NCBI RefSeq assembly: GCF_009834535.1
Contig: NC_045696.1
Span: forward strand, 22,632,001-22,696,000
Direction of reading: 5' to 3'
DNA length: 64,000 bases
Origin: Camelus ferus
Lineage: Eukaryota
The translations under genes and the position numbers were made by a program. The notes under the pieces are model-generated. The model did no database searches. It saw only the letters and a list, made by a program, of their open reading frames with translations, and was not told the DNA's origin. Positions 22,451 to 35,430 of the stretch are shown in pieces. How positions within the stretch are numbered: position 1 is the stretch's first letter; each line of letters opens with the position of its first letter.

Positions 22451-25400
22451 GCATTCTTTTGTGTGAAGAAAATTGCTAACCTCTATCTTATGACCATTCC
22501 AAGGGTTAGGCCTGATAAATGTATTTTAGTTGGTTCTCCATTATAAGATTTTATTTTCTAATAAATGAATTTGTAGTTCCTGTAATACATAGCTACACTC
22601 ATTTTCCCACCATTTTCTTTTGTATGTTCTTTCACTCTGCTTTGCTATGAAACTCAAATGGTCAGTGTGGAGCTAATCTTGTCTTCCATAAGGTTAAGAT
22701 TTTTTTTTTTTCTCAAGCCTTGAAATCCCTGGGAACTGTTTTTCTAAACTCTGATTTAATCCATATATATTTGTTCAGTGTTTGTGTTTCGTGCTTCTTT
22801 TTGTTCAGTGAATATTATTTTAAACACACACTCATATATACATAGATTTGTGTATGTACAGAATACACATCTTTTTGCTTAAAAAGAGAACATAAGAAAG
22901 GTTATGTTTGGACAGGATGCTATAAACCCAATACCCAATATGTGACAGTGCTGTCGAAAATGTTTTTCCTTTACAAATTCTACTGAAATGGCAAGACTTT
23001 CCTGAAACAACACTTAGTGTTTGTTTTTAAAACAAACTCATGGGTTTACTTTGTAAAAACTCATGAATGTTTTTTTATTCATCCCATATCCTTTTCGGGG
23101 TTGCTCTATGCCAAAGGAAATATGATTAAGGCAGCTCAGGAAGAGTTTTGGTATGCAATAAGACACAATGGATGTATCTTGTGGAGGATTCAAAAGGGAG
23201 AATGGGAAAATCTGTACAGACACTCGAGCTAGGGGGGCAAGTTATAACTTAGACTCTTGTCAAATGGTAACTCAGACTTTTAAAATACCTCCACCTTCAG
23301 ACTGATAACTTACACTTAGTTCCAAAGCTTCTGTAAAAAACAAAACAGAAACAATAACAACAAAACTAAGTTCTAAAAATTTTATAAAGCCTGTGGAAAC
23401 ACTAAAGCTGGTATTGACAAAACACTTAGATTAACCCCGTGAGTGTTCACTCTCGTGGTTCAAATAGTTTAAAATGCAGTTTACTCTAAGAATTTGTCTT
23501 CCTTGCCTTAGTATTGACAGAGTTTGAAATAAAATATGTTTACAATGAAATCAAAGAGAATGGTTTCTGTTGAAACTCGCCTGCTTCCCACCCCATCCCC
23601 AGACTGCTGAATGCATTGGAGTTTAGAACTTGCTTTGGTGTCGATGGAAATGGGGCATTTTGCAGAGATACATAAAGTGGACAAGGTTAAGAAAGGAGAA
23701 TGTTGCCAAGAATGGGTATTTAGAGTCTAACATTTTAAGGTGCACAAAAGACATAAAATAGATACTTTCTCCAAAATATATTCAGCCATTTAAGTCACAT
23801 AAATTCACATTTTCCACCTTCTCTAAGGAAATCTAACAACTAATGGCTCTGAATTTCTTCATGTGTCTAATGTGAATATACACAAAGAACTGAATCTGAG
23901 TTGCTTTCTGCAGGTGAGTATTTCGACAGCTCAGCTGATGTGAATCAGTCAGTTTTAATAATGAAGTGAAATTCAGTAAGAAAGTCAGTTAATAGAAAAG
24001 TGGAAGAGATTAGATTGAAAAGTCTTTGTTGCACTTTAAACATATGGTTGTCTTTTGAAACTGGATTTGTGACAGAAGATGTGTTATTTGCAAATTTTTT
24101 TTGTTTTACAAGAGAAGAATTAATAATGATGTTGGCTACCTCAAGCAAAGAGCATTAAGAATACCTCTCTGTGCATATTTGTTTTAGGCGAACTGTAAAG
24201 TTCACACCTTCTCTAGAATGTTGGGGTGGTGTAACTGATGCCTGGCAAGTTTCCAAAGAATACTGGGTGACATGTTTTACCTTGACTTTGTATATGTCTT
24301 CTTTGTATGTGCTAAAGTTCAACTTTGATCTTGGGATTGGCCACAGATACCTCATCAGCCTTGGGATCAGATTCAACACTTGTGATACTAAATAGTGAAT
24401 GCCTAATTCAGTGTCATTTTTTCATCTCCAATTAATACATTATCAACAATTATTTGCTCACAAAGGTTATCATCACAGTCAATCAATTTCAACAATACAA
24501 AAAACTATATCATTTTAATTTATTTTGGGGATCTGGATATGCATTATAGATGAATAGAATGTTCTAGATGTAACGTGGAGTGGAAAATCACTTAAAATAT
24601 TTTCTGTATTGAAAATCCATTAATCAGTTGAAAAGGATAGATATCATTTCAGAGTTAAAATACTTTACTAATTAATGATGATAACAAAATTTTATATTCA
24701 AGACTATATTGTAATATAATTCAAGACTATATTAAGAACTTCAAGTAATTAAACTAAGAAAATAGCATCTATATCATTAAGCTACTTTAAAAACGTTTTT
24801 GATTTTTAACTATTTACTTTTCATTAGTATATCAAGTGTCTTTTAAGAAAAAACTTACTTGTTCATATTTTTACATCTTGCAGAAATGAATTATATGTAG
24901 CATGTCCAACCAAAACATATTTGATTCTTACTAATTAAACCTCAAAACAATAGATTCTAACAAATGGTTTAAGAAGACAGTTTCTTCTAGACCTGAATCT
25001 GTGGAAGCTAGACATGTAAACAAGGGTTTGTCAAAATTATTGCTATGAAATGCTTAGCATTTTTAGCAGTGGACATTAAGAGTTTATAAAATTCACCTAC
25101 GGTGTAGGTCTTAGCTATAAAGTTCCACAAGAAAACATGAGAGAAGTTCTTCCAAATGACATTTGCTTTGCGCAAAATCATTAGTAATATTATTGAAATT
25201 GTTATGTTTATACCTTACGTATGGGACACAGAGAAGGAACTAGGTTTTTTGCTTAAAAAAAAAATTGAACAGCAGAATGAAATAATGACTAATTCCAGGC
25301 TTCTACCTTAATCATTGGTTAGGAATATCTGAGTCTTACACAGCTTTTACATTACACTGAGTGTAATTGTAAATATATTTTCAGAATGGAAAACTTTACA

Positions 25401-25610
25401 GAAAATGTCATGAATTTGTCACTGATAATGTAACGAGCATTGAGTTTTTTTGTGTTTACATTTATCAGTTATATGTTCAGAGAGTAATTAAAATATAACA
25501 TAATCTAACCAGATAACTGGCCTTAAGCCAAAGATGAGCCACATGACATAAGGAGATATTCTACCACTTTTTCAGTAATTTTCAGAGATATCCTTTATGT
25601 ATTATAGTTA

Positions 25611-27143
25611 TAATTACACACAAACAAGTTGGACTACCTGGAAGACATGGATACATTTCTAGAAATACACAACCTTCCAAGACTGTATCATGAAGAAATA
25701 GAAAATCTGAACAGACTGATTACTAACAAGGAGATTGAATCTGTGATCAAAAACCTCCCAAAAAACAAAATTCCAGGACCACAGGGTGAATTCTACCAAA
25801 TACTCAAAGAAGAATTAATACTAATCCTCCCCACATTCTTCCAAAAAAAAAATAAAAGAAGAGGAAGCACTTCCAAATTCATTTTATGAGGCCAGCATTA
25901 CAAAAATCAGGCAAGGGGACCACAAGAAAAGAAAATTACAGGCCAATATCACTGATAAACATAGATGCAAAAACCCTCAAGAAAATATTAGCAAACCAAA
26001 TTCAACATTAAATTAAAAGGATAATACACCAAGATCAAGGAGGATTTATTCTAAGGATGCAAGAATGGTTCAGCATCAACAAATCTATCAATGTTATACA
26101 CCACATTAACAAAATGAAGAATAAAAATCATACGATCTTCTCTATAGGTGCTGGAAAAGCATTTGACAAAATTTAAGATCCATGTATGATAAAAACGCTC
26201 AACAAAATGGATATAGAAGGAACCTACCTTAACATAGTAAAGGCCATATATGACAAGCCTACAGCTAACATTATGCTCAGTGGTGAATAGCTGGAAACTT
26301 TCTTCTAAGATCAGGAACAAGGAAGGGATTCCCACTCTTGCCACTTTTATTCAACATAGCATTGGAAGTTTTAGCCAGAGCAATTAGGAAACAAATATAA
26401 GTAAAAGGCATCCAAATTGGAAAGAAAGAAGTAAAACTTGTCATTATTTGCAGATGACAATTATATATAGAAAACCCTAAAGACTCCACTAAAAAGCTAT
26501 TAGAACTACTTAATGAATTTAGTAAAGTTGCAGGATACAAAATTAACATACAGAAACATGCATTTTATATACTAATAAGCTATCAGAAAGAGAAATTAAG
26601 AAAACAACTCCATCTACAGTTGCATCAAAAAATAAAATAGCTAGGAGTAATTTTAACCAAGGAAGTGAAAGACCTGTACACTGAATACTATAAAATATGG
26701 ATGAAAGCAACTGAAGACACAAATAAATGGCAAGATGATTCATGCTGATGGATTAGAAGTATTACTATTATTAAAATGTCTATACTACCCAAAGCAATCT
26801 ACAGAATGAATACAATACCTATCAAAATTCCAATGGCATTTTTCATAGAACTAGAGCAAACAATCCTAAAATTTGTATGGAACAACAAAAGACCCTGAAT
26901 AGCCAAAGAAATCTTGAGAACAAAAAGAAGAACAAAACTGGAGGCATCATGCTCCTTTATTCAAACTATGACAAAGCTATAGTAATCAAAACAGCGTAGT
27001 ATCAGCATAAAAACAGACACATAGATCAGTGAAGTAGAAGAGACACCAGAAATAGACCTATGCATATGTGGTCAATTAATTTATGACAAAGGAGTGAAAT
27101 AGGTCAGACAGAGAAAGACAAATACTATGAGATGTTGCTTATA
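25611..27143 (+). mobile_element. LINE-1 ORF2 (RT region) fragment with an internal jump to the ORF2 C-terminus at ~27095
   Basis: ORF 25629..25889 [57 protein letters not shown] at ~25934; LFADD at ~26444. Frameshifts and stops present. Confidence 0.95.
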
Positions 27144-27144
27144 C

Positions 27145-28146
27145 TTCTGATATCGTATTTAAGAAACCTTTGCTTAATAACAAGGTAGCAAAGATTTACT
27201 TCTATGTTTTCTTCTAGGAGTTTTATAGTTTTAGCTCTTGAATTTATTTCTATAATCCATTCTGAGTTAATGTTTGTGTACTGTGAGATAAGGGTCCAAC
27301 ATTCTTCTTTTGCATTTGGCTATCCAGTTATCCCAGAATTAATAATTGAAAATATTCTTTCCTCATTAAATTATTATGATAGCCTTGTCAAAAATCAGTT
27401 GACAGTAAATGTAAATTACCAAACCTAACAAAATGGGATTACTTCTTTATTCTCAATCCTACTCTTATTACATATGTATGTATGTATGTGTATATGTATA
27501 TCTTTTTATGTCCATCTCACCCTTTCTTTTATTGTGACTTTGTAGTAAGTTTCAAGCCAGGAAGAATGAGTGCTCCAATTTTGATTTTTCAAGACTGTTT
27601 TGCCTGTTGTAGATCCCTTGCATTTCCATGTGAATTTGAAGATAAGCTTGTCAGTTTTTGCAAAAAAAAAGTTGAGATTTTGATAGGGATTGTGTTGAAT
27701 GTACAGATCAATGTAGAAGCATAGTCATTTTAATACTGTCAAGCCCTCCAATGTATTAAAATGATATTTTCTTATTTATTTAGATATTCTTTAATTTATT
27801 TCAACAATGTTTTGTGGTTTTCGGTGTACAATTCTTGCTCTTCTTTTGTTAAAGTTATTGCTAAGTATTTGTTCTTTTTGATGCTATTGTAAGTGGAATT
27901 TTTAAAAAATTTTATCTCTGATTGTTCATTGTTAACATATAGAAATGCAATTGGTTTTTGTGTATTGATCCTGCAACTTAGCTGGACTCATTTATTAGTT
28001 CTAAAAACATTTGTGTGTGTACGTGCATATGTGTTTATAGAATCCCTAGGATTTTCTTCATACAAGATTATATCATCAGTGAACAGAAATAGTTTTACTT
28101 CTTTCCTTCCAATCTGGGTGTCTTTTATTACTTTTAATTGCCTAAT
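27145..28146 (-). mobile_element. LINE-1 ORF2 fragment (separate, older copy)
   Basis: tttcttctaggagttttatagttttagctc; gagattttgatagggattgtgttgaat; agttttacttctttccttccaatctgg. Confidence 0.9.
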
Positions 28147-28730
28147 TGCCTGAATTTTTCTTTCATGTTTTTTGTTCGCCCCAAATGGTATTGCTGCCTC
28201 TGGCAGCTAGGATATTAAGTAATTGCCCAAATAATTCAAATAATTACCCAATTTTTTTTTTAATAAATGCCCTGGAGAAAATGCTGTTCACACTGAGGGG
28301 GTTCTTAGTCAAGTCAAAAGAAGAGAAGCCCTGTGAGTGGGCTTTTCAGGGAGATACCTGACAGGTCAAACTGTGGAAGATTCTCTAGGGTTGCAGTTTT
28401 GGAGTAGATGCCAAGCCCTTTCTGCACCTCACCCCACATTGACTTTTAATGTGCTGTTTTTCACAGTTTCTGTGTTTGAGTGACTTGCTGATTTCCAAGG
28501 TTATCATGGAACTGGGGAAAAGAGAATGGGAACTGGTCAAGTCAAAGCTCACCACTGTTCTTACCAGGATTCAACTCTTTTTCTTGATAAATGGCCCTTG
28601 GAATACTGGAAGCCTTTGGTTAACTTCCAGATTTCTGAAAAGGTTGATTTTGATAGTTTATCTAATGTTTTTATTGCTTATGTGAAAGAATCAATTTTTG
28701 AAGTTCTCTTCTCTGCCATTCCAGAATTTC
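28147..28730 (-). mobile_element. Old L1 5'-region fragment (L1M4/L1MC-like)
   Basis: taataaatgccctggagaaaatgctgttcacactg; agccctgtgagtgggcttttcaggg; ttaacttccagatttctgaaaaggttgattttga. Confidence 0.55.
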
Positions 28731-29253
28731 TTGTCTTTGAGGACTGTTATTTTAAATCTAATTCTGAAAATAATCAGAAGGCATCTTCAATACTGCATAA
28801 AGCTTTAATTTTTGGGGTTGCTTTAATGAAATTGCATTGCCACCATCAACCAAATCTTTGAGGCCAGAAATGAAAGAGAAGATTAAGTCATTATTTTCCA
28901 TAGGGAGAAAGTAATGCTAAGTAACTTGGGGTGACTTCACCAGCAGTGGTAACATATATAGCAACAAAATGAGTAATAAAGTGTCTTGTTTCTTCAATGA
29001 CTTCAGCTGGAAGTGGGTATATGTTTAGTTTCATAATGCACATACTGTGCCCATAGGGGCAGATTGTTTCCTACACTGAAAAATAATTGTTCTTGTATGG
29101 CCATGTTAAAATTTAGAACTCTGACTAGTAAAACTTTAATGATAAAATTATAATAACAATTGATTTTAATACAATTTCTGTTTTTTTTTTTTTTACCCTG
29201 TAGTTTATTCTATATTGTTATTATGTGACTTTGGCTTCATATTTAATTAAATA

Positions 29254-29595
29254 CATTTGACCCTTTCTATTTACGGGTCCCATATCCTTATATTCAACCA
29301 ACCACAGTTGGAAAATAAATATTTGGAAAAAAATTCCAGAACTTTCCAAAAAGCAAAACTTGAATCTGCTGCAAATTTTTGCAGTGTTTATATTGTATTA
29401 ACAATTATTTACATAACATTAACATTGTATTAGGTACTAAAAGTAACCTAGAGATGATTTAAAGTATGTAAGAGAATGTGTGTAGACTATATGCAAATAC
29501 TATGCCGTTTTATACAAAGGACTTGAGCTTCCATGGATTTTGGTATCAGTGAGGTGTCCTGAAACCAGTCCCCTGCAGATGTCAAGGAACAACTC
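29254..29595. mobile_element. Tigger3/MER7-type MITE (TcMar-Tigger)
   Basis: TA flanks; ends catttgaccct / ggaacaactc; core aagtaacctagagatgatttaaagtat...tatgcaaatactatgccgttttata. Confidence 0.85.
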
Positions 29596-29974
29596 TATTT
29601 ACCTTAATACTTGCTCACTCAGCACTTTTCCAAATTACATTTTTATCACACTTCTGCTTTCTAAGAATAATTAGAACAACTTAGGTAGTGCAGAAAATTG
29701 TAACTACATAGTTGGTGTTTTTATAGATTTTTACACTTGTTTTATATAATGGCTAAGGCAAAGAGACAACATGCATCATGTGAGGAGTTTGTGTCTGAAT
29801 TTTCTGTTTTCCTTCCTCATTTCAAAAAGGGCTATGTGGAAGAGTAGAAGGTAAGAGTTCCACAAGTTTCTCTGGCTTTTTTTTTTTTTTAATAAACTCA
29901 TAAGCCTTTATGGAAGAATTGAGAACAGTGAGGAGGTGAAAGAGAGATTGAATTTGAAGATACAGCAATAGCAT

Positions 29975-31930
29975 TATTTTGGATTAACTTTTAACTTTGA
30001 AATAATTTAAAATTTTCAGAAGTGTCATAAGAAAATGTTCAAAGAACTGCAGTATAACATTGTGATAGTTAACCTGTGTCAACTGATTAGGTCAAGTGAT
30101 TGCGTCAACTTGACTGGGCCAAGGAATACTGAGATAGCTGATAAAACATTATTTCTGGATGTGTCTGTAAGGGTGTTTCTGAAAGACTTGAACATTTAAA
30201 TCAGTAGACTGAGTGAAGAGATCCAACCTCACCAAAGTGGTGGGCATCATCCAAGCCACTGAGGGCCCAAACAGAACAAAAAAGAGGAGGAAGGGTAAAT
30301 TCTCTCTCTCGCTCCTTGACCTGGGACATCCATTTACTCCTTCATTTCTACATCGGAGTTCTCGTCTTGGGCCTTTGTTCTTGGCCTGGAAGCTACATTG
30401 TCAGCTCCCCTGGTTCTTGGGTCTTCAGACTTGGATTGAATACCACTGGCTTTCCTTGTTCTCCAGCTTGCAGAGGGCATATCATGATATATCTCAGCCT
30501 CCATAATCACGTGAGCCAACTACCATAATACATTTCCTTTAATAGATCTACATGTATCCTATTGGTTCTATTTCTCTGGAGAAACCAGACTATTATTACA
30601 AGCCTTCACACTTATTCCACAATTTTTAGAATTTTACATTTTCTTTTCTCTTTTTGTCTTGAGCCGCATGTAAGTTGCAGATATAATGCCCAAAATTCTC
30701 AAATTTTTCAATATGTTTCCTAAAGACAAGGGCACTGTCCTCTATAATTCTAGTACACACAAATAAAAAAGGGAAATTAATACATATACGATACTATAGT
30801 CCAATCCCCAGACATTCACAGTTTATCAGTTTTTCAAATAACATCTTTATAGAATAAAATAGTTTATTCTTTTCCTCATTTCTTTCCTGGTCCATAAACC
30901 AATCCAGAATCACACATTCCATTTAGAAGCTATGTATTTTAGATTCTTTCAACTTTATTTTTCATAGCCTTGACTTGTTTTTTTAAAATATAGGTGTTCT
31001 ATGATGTTTCCATGTGATTTATTTCCAGTTGGGCAGTTTTTGGCAGGAATATTACAAAAGTAATGCAATGTTCTTCTCAACCCATCCCATTAGGGGGCAA
31101 ACAATTTGGCCCACAACTGGTGACGTTAATTTTTACCACTTGTTTAAAATAGTATCTGCCAGATTTCTCCCTTCTAAAGTTAAGTAATCATTTTCTTCTA
31201 ACTTGTTCATTAACATGTAAATAAAAATATTATGTGAAAAATTACCTTGAGACAATGTAAATAAATATCCTGTTCCTAATCAAACCTTGGTCAACTAATT
31301 TACACCATTGATGAGTCTTTCCTGAATCAATTTTATTATTGTGATTATTGCCAAAAGGTGATTGTCCAATTCCACTATTCCTTCTTTATTTGTTAGTTGG
31401 CATTCTACTATAAGGTACAGATTTCTCATCCATTTCTGTTTTCCTATAACAAATTATTATTTTAGGTCAATGTCTCTGCTCTTTTGAAGTTGCCCTATCA
31501 ACCTTTGAATAAGCTCTCTTACTTTCTGTCATGACACAATTTTCTAGGTTAATCTTATATTTTTCCTAGCCCAAGCCCTGGAATCAGCCATTTTCCCAAG
31601 AAACTATGTTTTTGTTTTTTGTATTTTTTAAATTGGAGAATGGATTTAAAATCCCCAATCTGGAATCAGGTGTGTATTCATTACTTCCAGGGTGACATTA
31701 CTTTTAGGACTTCTTGGAGGGCAGTTGGAAAATATACATCTGTGTATACACACTCACATCTACACATATCTATGTCTAATTGTAAGTAAAAACTGTAAGT
31801 TCACACCAATGCCTTAATTTACTCTACCTTTTCTCCTCTTTTATATTTGTACCTTTTTTATCTGAGCATCCAGTCTCCTATTGAGTGCATTTCTTTGTTT
31901 GTTCAATTCTCTTGTCTTTAACTAATCCTG
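29975..31930 (-). mobile_element. Old L1 3'UTR (L1MC/L1ME-type) interrupted by MLT2
   Basis: ttttaactttgaaataatttaaaattttcagaag; ttcctaaagacaagggcactgtcc; cccaagccctggaatcagccattttcccaag. Confidence 0.7.
30061..30600 (+). mobile_element. MLT2 solo LTR (MLT2D-like)
   Basis: Starts tgtgatagttaa...gtcaacttgactgggccaagg; ends cctattggttctatttctctggagaaaccagactattattaca. Confidence 0.9.
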
Positions 31931-32049
31931 CAATTCTATGTGCTGTTTCCTTGGTGCCAGTCTTGTAAAATATGCCCATTATGCTGACTGAATTCCTCTC
32001 CGGCTCAAAAGCCAGTGATTCATGCCACTGAGCAGCTGAGTTCCCACAG

Positions 32050-32590
32050 GAAAGGAGAAGGAAAGGAGCTAGCTAGAACATTTCGAAGAGTCGTTTCTAT
32101 CACAGACTCATAAAAGTAATTACCTTGGCATTAATGATGTGAGAAAAAGAAGACTGTGAATCCAGAAACAGTGGAGATTATCTTCTGCTTTGCAGTAAAT
32201 GCCTCTAAAGAGGGATAAATGTGAATTCTAAAGACAACTGGCTACATGGTGATTCTAGCAAGAAGAACCAAAGAAGAACTAAAGACTTCAAAGTAACTGG
32301 CTCCCCATCAAGACATGGAAGCTGAAGAGAGTTGATGGTCCTGAATCAAGATGGTCAGGAATAGGAGATGTCAGTGGAGAGAAATGATTAGTGAATAGAA
32401 AGTATCCCTCCCACAGTGCATTGGCACTGAATCAAGATACTGGAACCATGGAATGGCCTTGGGGATGGGAGAAAAGCTGAGTGACTGAAGGGAAAGGGAC
32501 TTGGAATTAGAAATAAAGTTGAGTTACAGAAAATAAAGTACTCTGTGTTTGAGTACTCAAGTTTATGGACTGAGGTTCATAGCCACCACA
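32050..32590 (+). mobile_element. Possible ancient LTR (mammalian Gypsy-LTR-like)
   Basis: 3' end agaaaataaagtactc...agtttatggactgaggttcatagccaccaca resembles recalled MamGypLTR ends; purine-rich body. Confidence 0.35.
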
Positions 32591-33437
32591 TATGGAAATG
32601 GTATAAGAGAACCACACAAATATGAAATAAAGAAATTAAATATTAATGCATAACTTGCAATGTTCTTAAAAATCATATGACTAGATATTTTCCAGTAGAG
32701 TTAATGAAATCATCACTTACTTGTCATAGTCTGGTGAAACTGGAAGATATCTTTCACCTCAAATTCCTTTAAAAATTTTGATATATAACTCCAAAACATC
32801 CTTTTTTTTAGGATAGCTTTTTAAATTTTGACACATTTAAGAAAGTCTATTATGATAAAAAATCTTCAATGGTAGATTTTCTTTTTTACAATGACCTCTG
32901 TATTCAAAAGTCTTTTTTTGCCCTTTGAAAATCATAATCCTAGATTGAGTTCCCAAGTGAGAAACACCATCCTTTGACATCACCTTGATAAATGCTCCAT
33001 ATTATGCATATCTCCTCTGCCTCTGCCAACATCAGGAACAGGCACTAGACTGTAGAATCTATTTTTGTCAAACAAGCTTCTCATTTGTTTTGCTTGTCAC
33101 AGCAGGTTATCTTGGACTGCTTTCTGCTGACTCTGCCTTTTCCTTCTTGTTCTGCATAATGCACACACTGTATGTCCCAGACATTTCAGCAGTTACAGAA
33201 TTAGAATCACAAAACAATATGAAAAAGTATGTTCATATCCTATTGCTTTGACCTAACCTTGCAGATTGGTTCCCTACTGTTCTAAGTATCCACCTTGTTT
33301 CCTGCAGTCTCCTTTGCTCGCGTAATTCCCTCACCAGCTCTGAAATTTTAGTTGTCAATTCCCCATTGTCCTTTAAGACCCTCCTTAAAAAATATTTCCT
33401 AAGAGAACATTCCAGATCCTTTCCATGTGAATACACT

Positions 33438-33635
33438 TTAAAATCTGTTTTTGTATATAGTGGCTAAAATTTGCAAATCTCAAACTCCCAAATTTATCCC
33501 TTCCCACCCCCTTTCCCCTGGTAACCATAAGATTGTTTACTATGTCTGTAAGTCTGTTTCTCTTGTAGATTAGTTCATTAGTGTCCTTTTTTTTTTTTTT
33601 TTAAAGATTCTACATATGAGTGATACAAATGGTTT
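33438..33635 (-). mobile_element. Lineage-specific L1 3'UTR fragment
   Basis: gtggctaaaatttgcaaatctcaaactcccaaatttatcccttccc is near-identical to 36389-36435. Confidence 0.85.
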
Positions 33636-33707
33636 TTTGATGAGGAAAAATTGTCATAAAAGGACCTAAAGAATCAAACATGATAGCATAAATTCAGGAG
33701 TGTAGAA

Positions 33708-33936
33708 CAGGAGTCAGCAAAATTTTTCTCTCAAGAGCCAGATAGTAAATATTTTTGCCTTTGTAGGTCATACAGTCTTTGTTGTAACTATCAAATTCTA
33801 CCATTGTGGTATGAAAATAGCCATAGATAATACACAAATGAATGGGTGTGGCTGTGCTTCAATAAAACTTTATACATTTATACAAACACAGGTAGTGGGA
33901 GGGATTTTACCCATGGGTCTAGTTTCCTGACCCCTG
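33708..33936 (+). mobile_element. MER58A (hAT-Charlie MITE)
   Basis: caggagtcagcaaa...gccagatagtaaatattt...gtttcctgacccctg; imperfect 8-bp TSD gtgtagaa/ggctagaa. Confidence 0.9.
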
Positions 33937-34017
33937 GGCTAGAAGACCTTGCTGAAGAAGAAAAGAAAGCTTCAGTTGTCTTTGTCGTAAGAATATTTCC
34001 AATACTGGTATAACCGG

Positions 34018-34239
34018 TTTTTTTTTTTAATTGAAGTATAGTCAGTTATAATGTGTCAATTTCCAGTGTACAGCATAATGTTTCAGTCATGCATATACAT
34101 ACATACATTTGTTTTCATATTCTTTTTCATGATAAGTTACTATAAGACATTGAATATCATTCCCTGTGCTATACAGTAAAAATGTATTTTTTTATCTATT
34201 TTATATATAGTAGTTAATATTTGTAAATCTCCGACTCCT
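34018..34239 (-). mobile_element. Lineage-specific L1 3' end
   Basis: Poly(T) then aattgaagtatagtcagttataatgtgtcaatttcc; flanks accggttttt/accagttttt resemble a TSD. Confidence 0.85.
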
Positions 34240-34358
34240 ACCAGTTTTTAATCTTTTTTTGACAACTGGATTAATTTCCAACTTCTCACTAGATAGTTCC
34301 ATTATATGTCCTGTAGGTACTTCCTATTCACCATGCCTAAAGCTAAACTCACTTTCTA

Positions 34359-34782
34359 TGTAGGATAAGGGTCCCAATCTATTTACAGCAAATATTACAT
34401 AATTTTACTAGCAATTTAACTACTCAGTCTACGTGCTTCTTTATCTACCTAATGCTCTATAAGTACCTGAGTGTATGTATCTATTAATTATTGTTGGGAG
34501 AGTATTTTCCATGGCTTTCTCATTTCTGAACTTGCAAGCAGAGGCATTTACAGTTTTTTTCCAGGAGGTATGTATAACAAACATCCTTGCAAGATAAAGA
34601 AAGGATCTTTTCTCTAGAGCAGATGACAGGTTTCTTTTTGTCAAGTATCATAAAGATAATGCATTTCTCCAGGGCAAAGTTTGAGTAGGCTTTCTTGCAG
34701 CCCATTATAAAAAACTAGAGATTTCTAAGATCGATTTCTCAGCTGTGACTGAATCTTGGCTGTGAATGGGTGATTCATCTGG
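34359..34782 (+). mobile_element. ERV LTR fragment (MER89/MER90/MER110-like)
   Basis: aaagataatgcatttctccagggcaaag...gcagcccattataaaa...tctcagctgtgac. Confidence 0.5.
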
Positions 34783-35430
34783 AGGTAAAATTCCTCTCCA
34801 GCTGTGAACCTGTGAACTAGACAAGTTACGTGCTCACAGAACATAACAGTGTGACAGGCATCAGACAGACATTCTCATTTTAAAAGGGAGAAATTAGAAA
34901 GAAGAATCTAGTTATGGGTCCCAAGCAAGTAAAAAACCTTGTGGGGAAATTCCTTTAGATTTTGAGACTTGAGATAATCCTCTTTGCCTCAGTGCTCTGT
35001 CCTCCAGGCCTACCAGCGTGACCATGGCGGCCTCATCTTCCGGGCCCACTGGGATGGCAGTGTTGCTCCCTCAGCCCTGGGCCACATTTCTTCCCCATTG
35101 AGACCAAGGAAAAGATAGCTTCATCTTGTCACCTGTGCCTTTGCACGTGTAGTGGCAGTGGCAACCCTGCTGATGATCTCTGTGTCACCTTCATGGTCTT
35201 TCTTCCATTTCCTTGAAAGAAATGCATGTTTGCAGCCAGTTAGCTTAATTGTTCTATTCTATGGAATACCAGAAGTCTGACAGACTTCCTTTGTTTCATT
35301 CCCTCTCTGTCCACTTTAGTCCAAGTTGGCAGTGTTTCCACTGGCATAACCCCTTCTCTATTCTTTTCTTCTTCTGAGATGGCCTGTTTCTCTTGAGACC
35401 TCTCTTCTTGGCTTGCAAATGCTCACTTGG
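34783..35430 (-). mobile_element. MaLR internal (MLT1-int) fragment
   Basis: aaattcctctccagctgtgaacctgtgaa...gacattctcattttaaaagggagaaat...atgggtcccaagcaagt. Confidence 0.75.

Noticed and set aside
24696..24733. 15-bp direct repeat attcaagactatatt
   Set aside because: Simple local slippage duplication in AT-rich DNA.
25346..25373. Imperfect palindrome around attacactgagtgtaat
   Set aside because: 8-bp arms are expected by chance at this composition.
25629..26549. ORFs with real protein similarity as possible host genes
   Set aside because: They are broken LINE-1 ORF2 and its antisense frames, not cellular genes.
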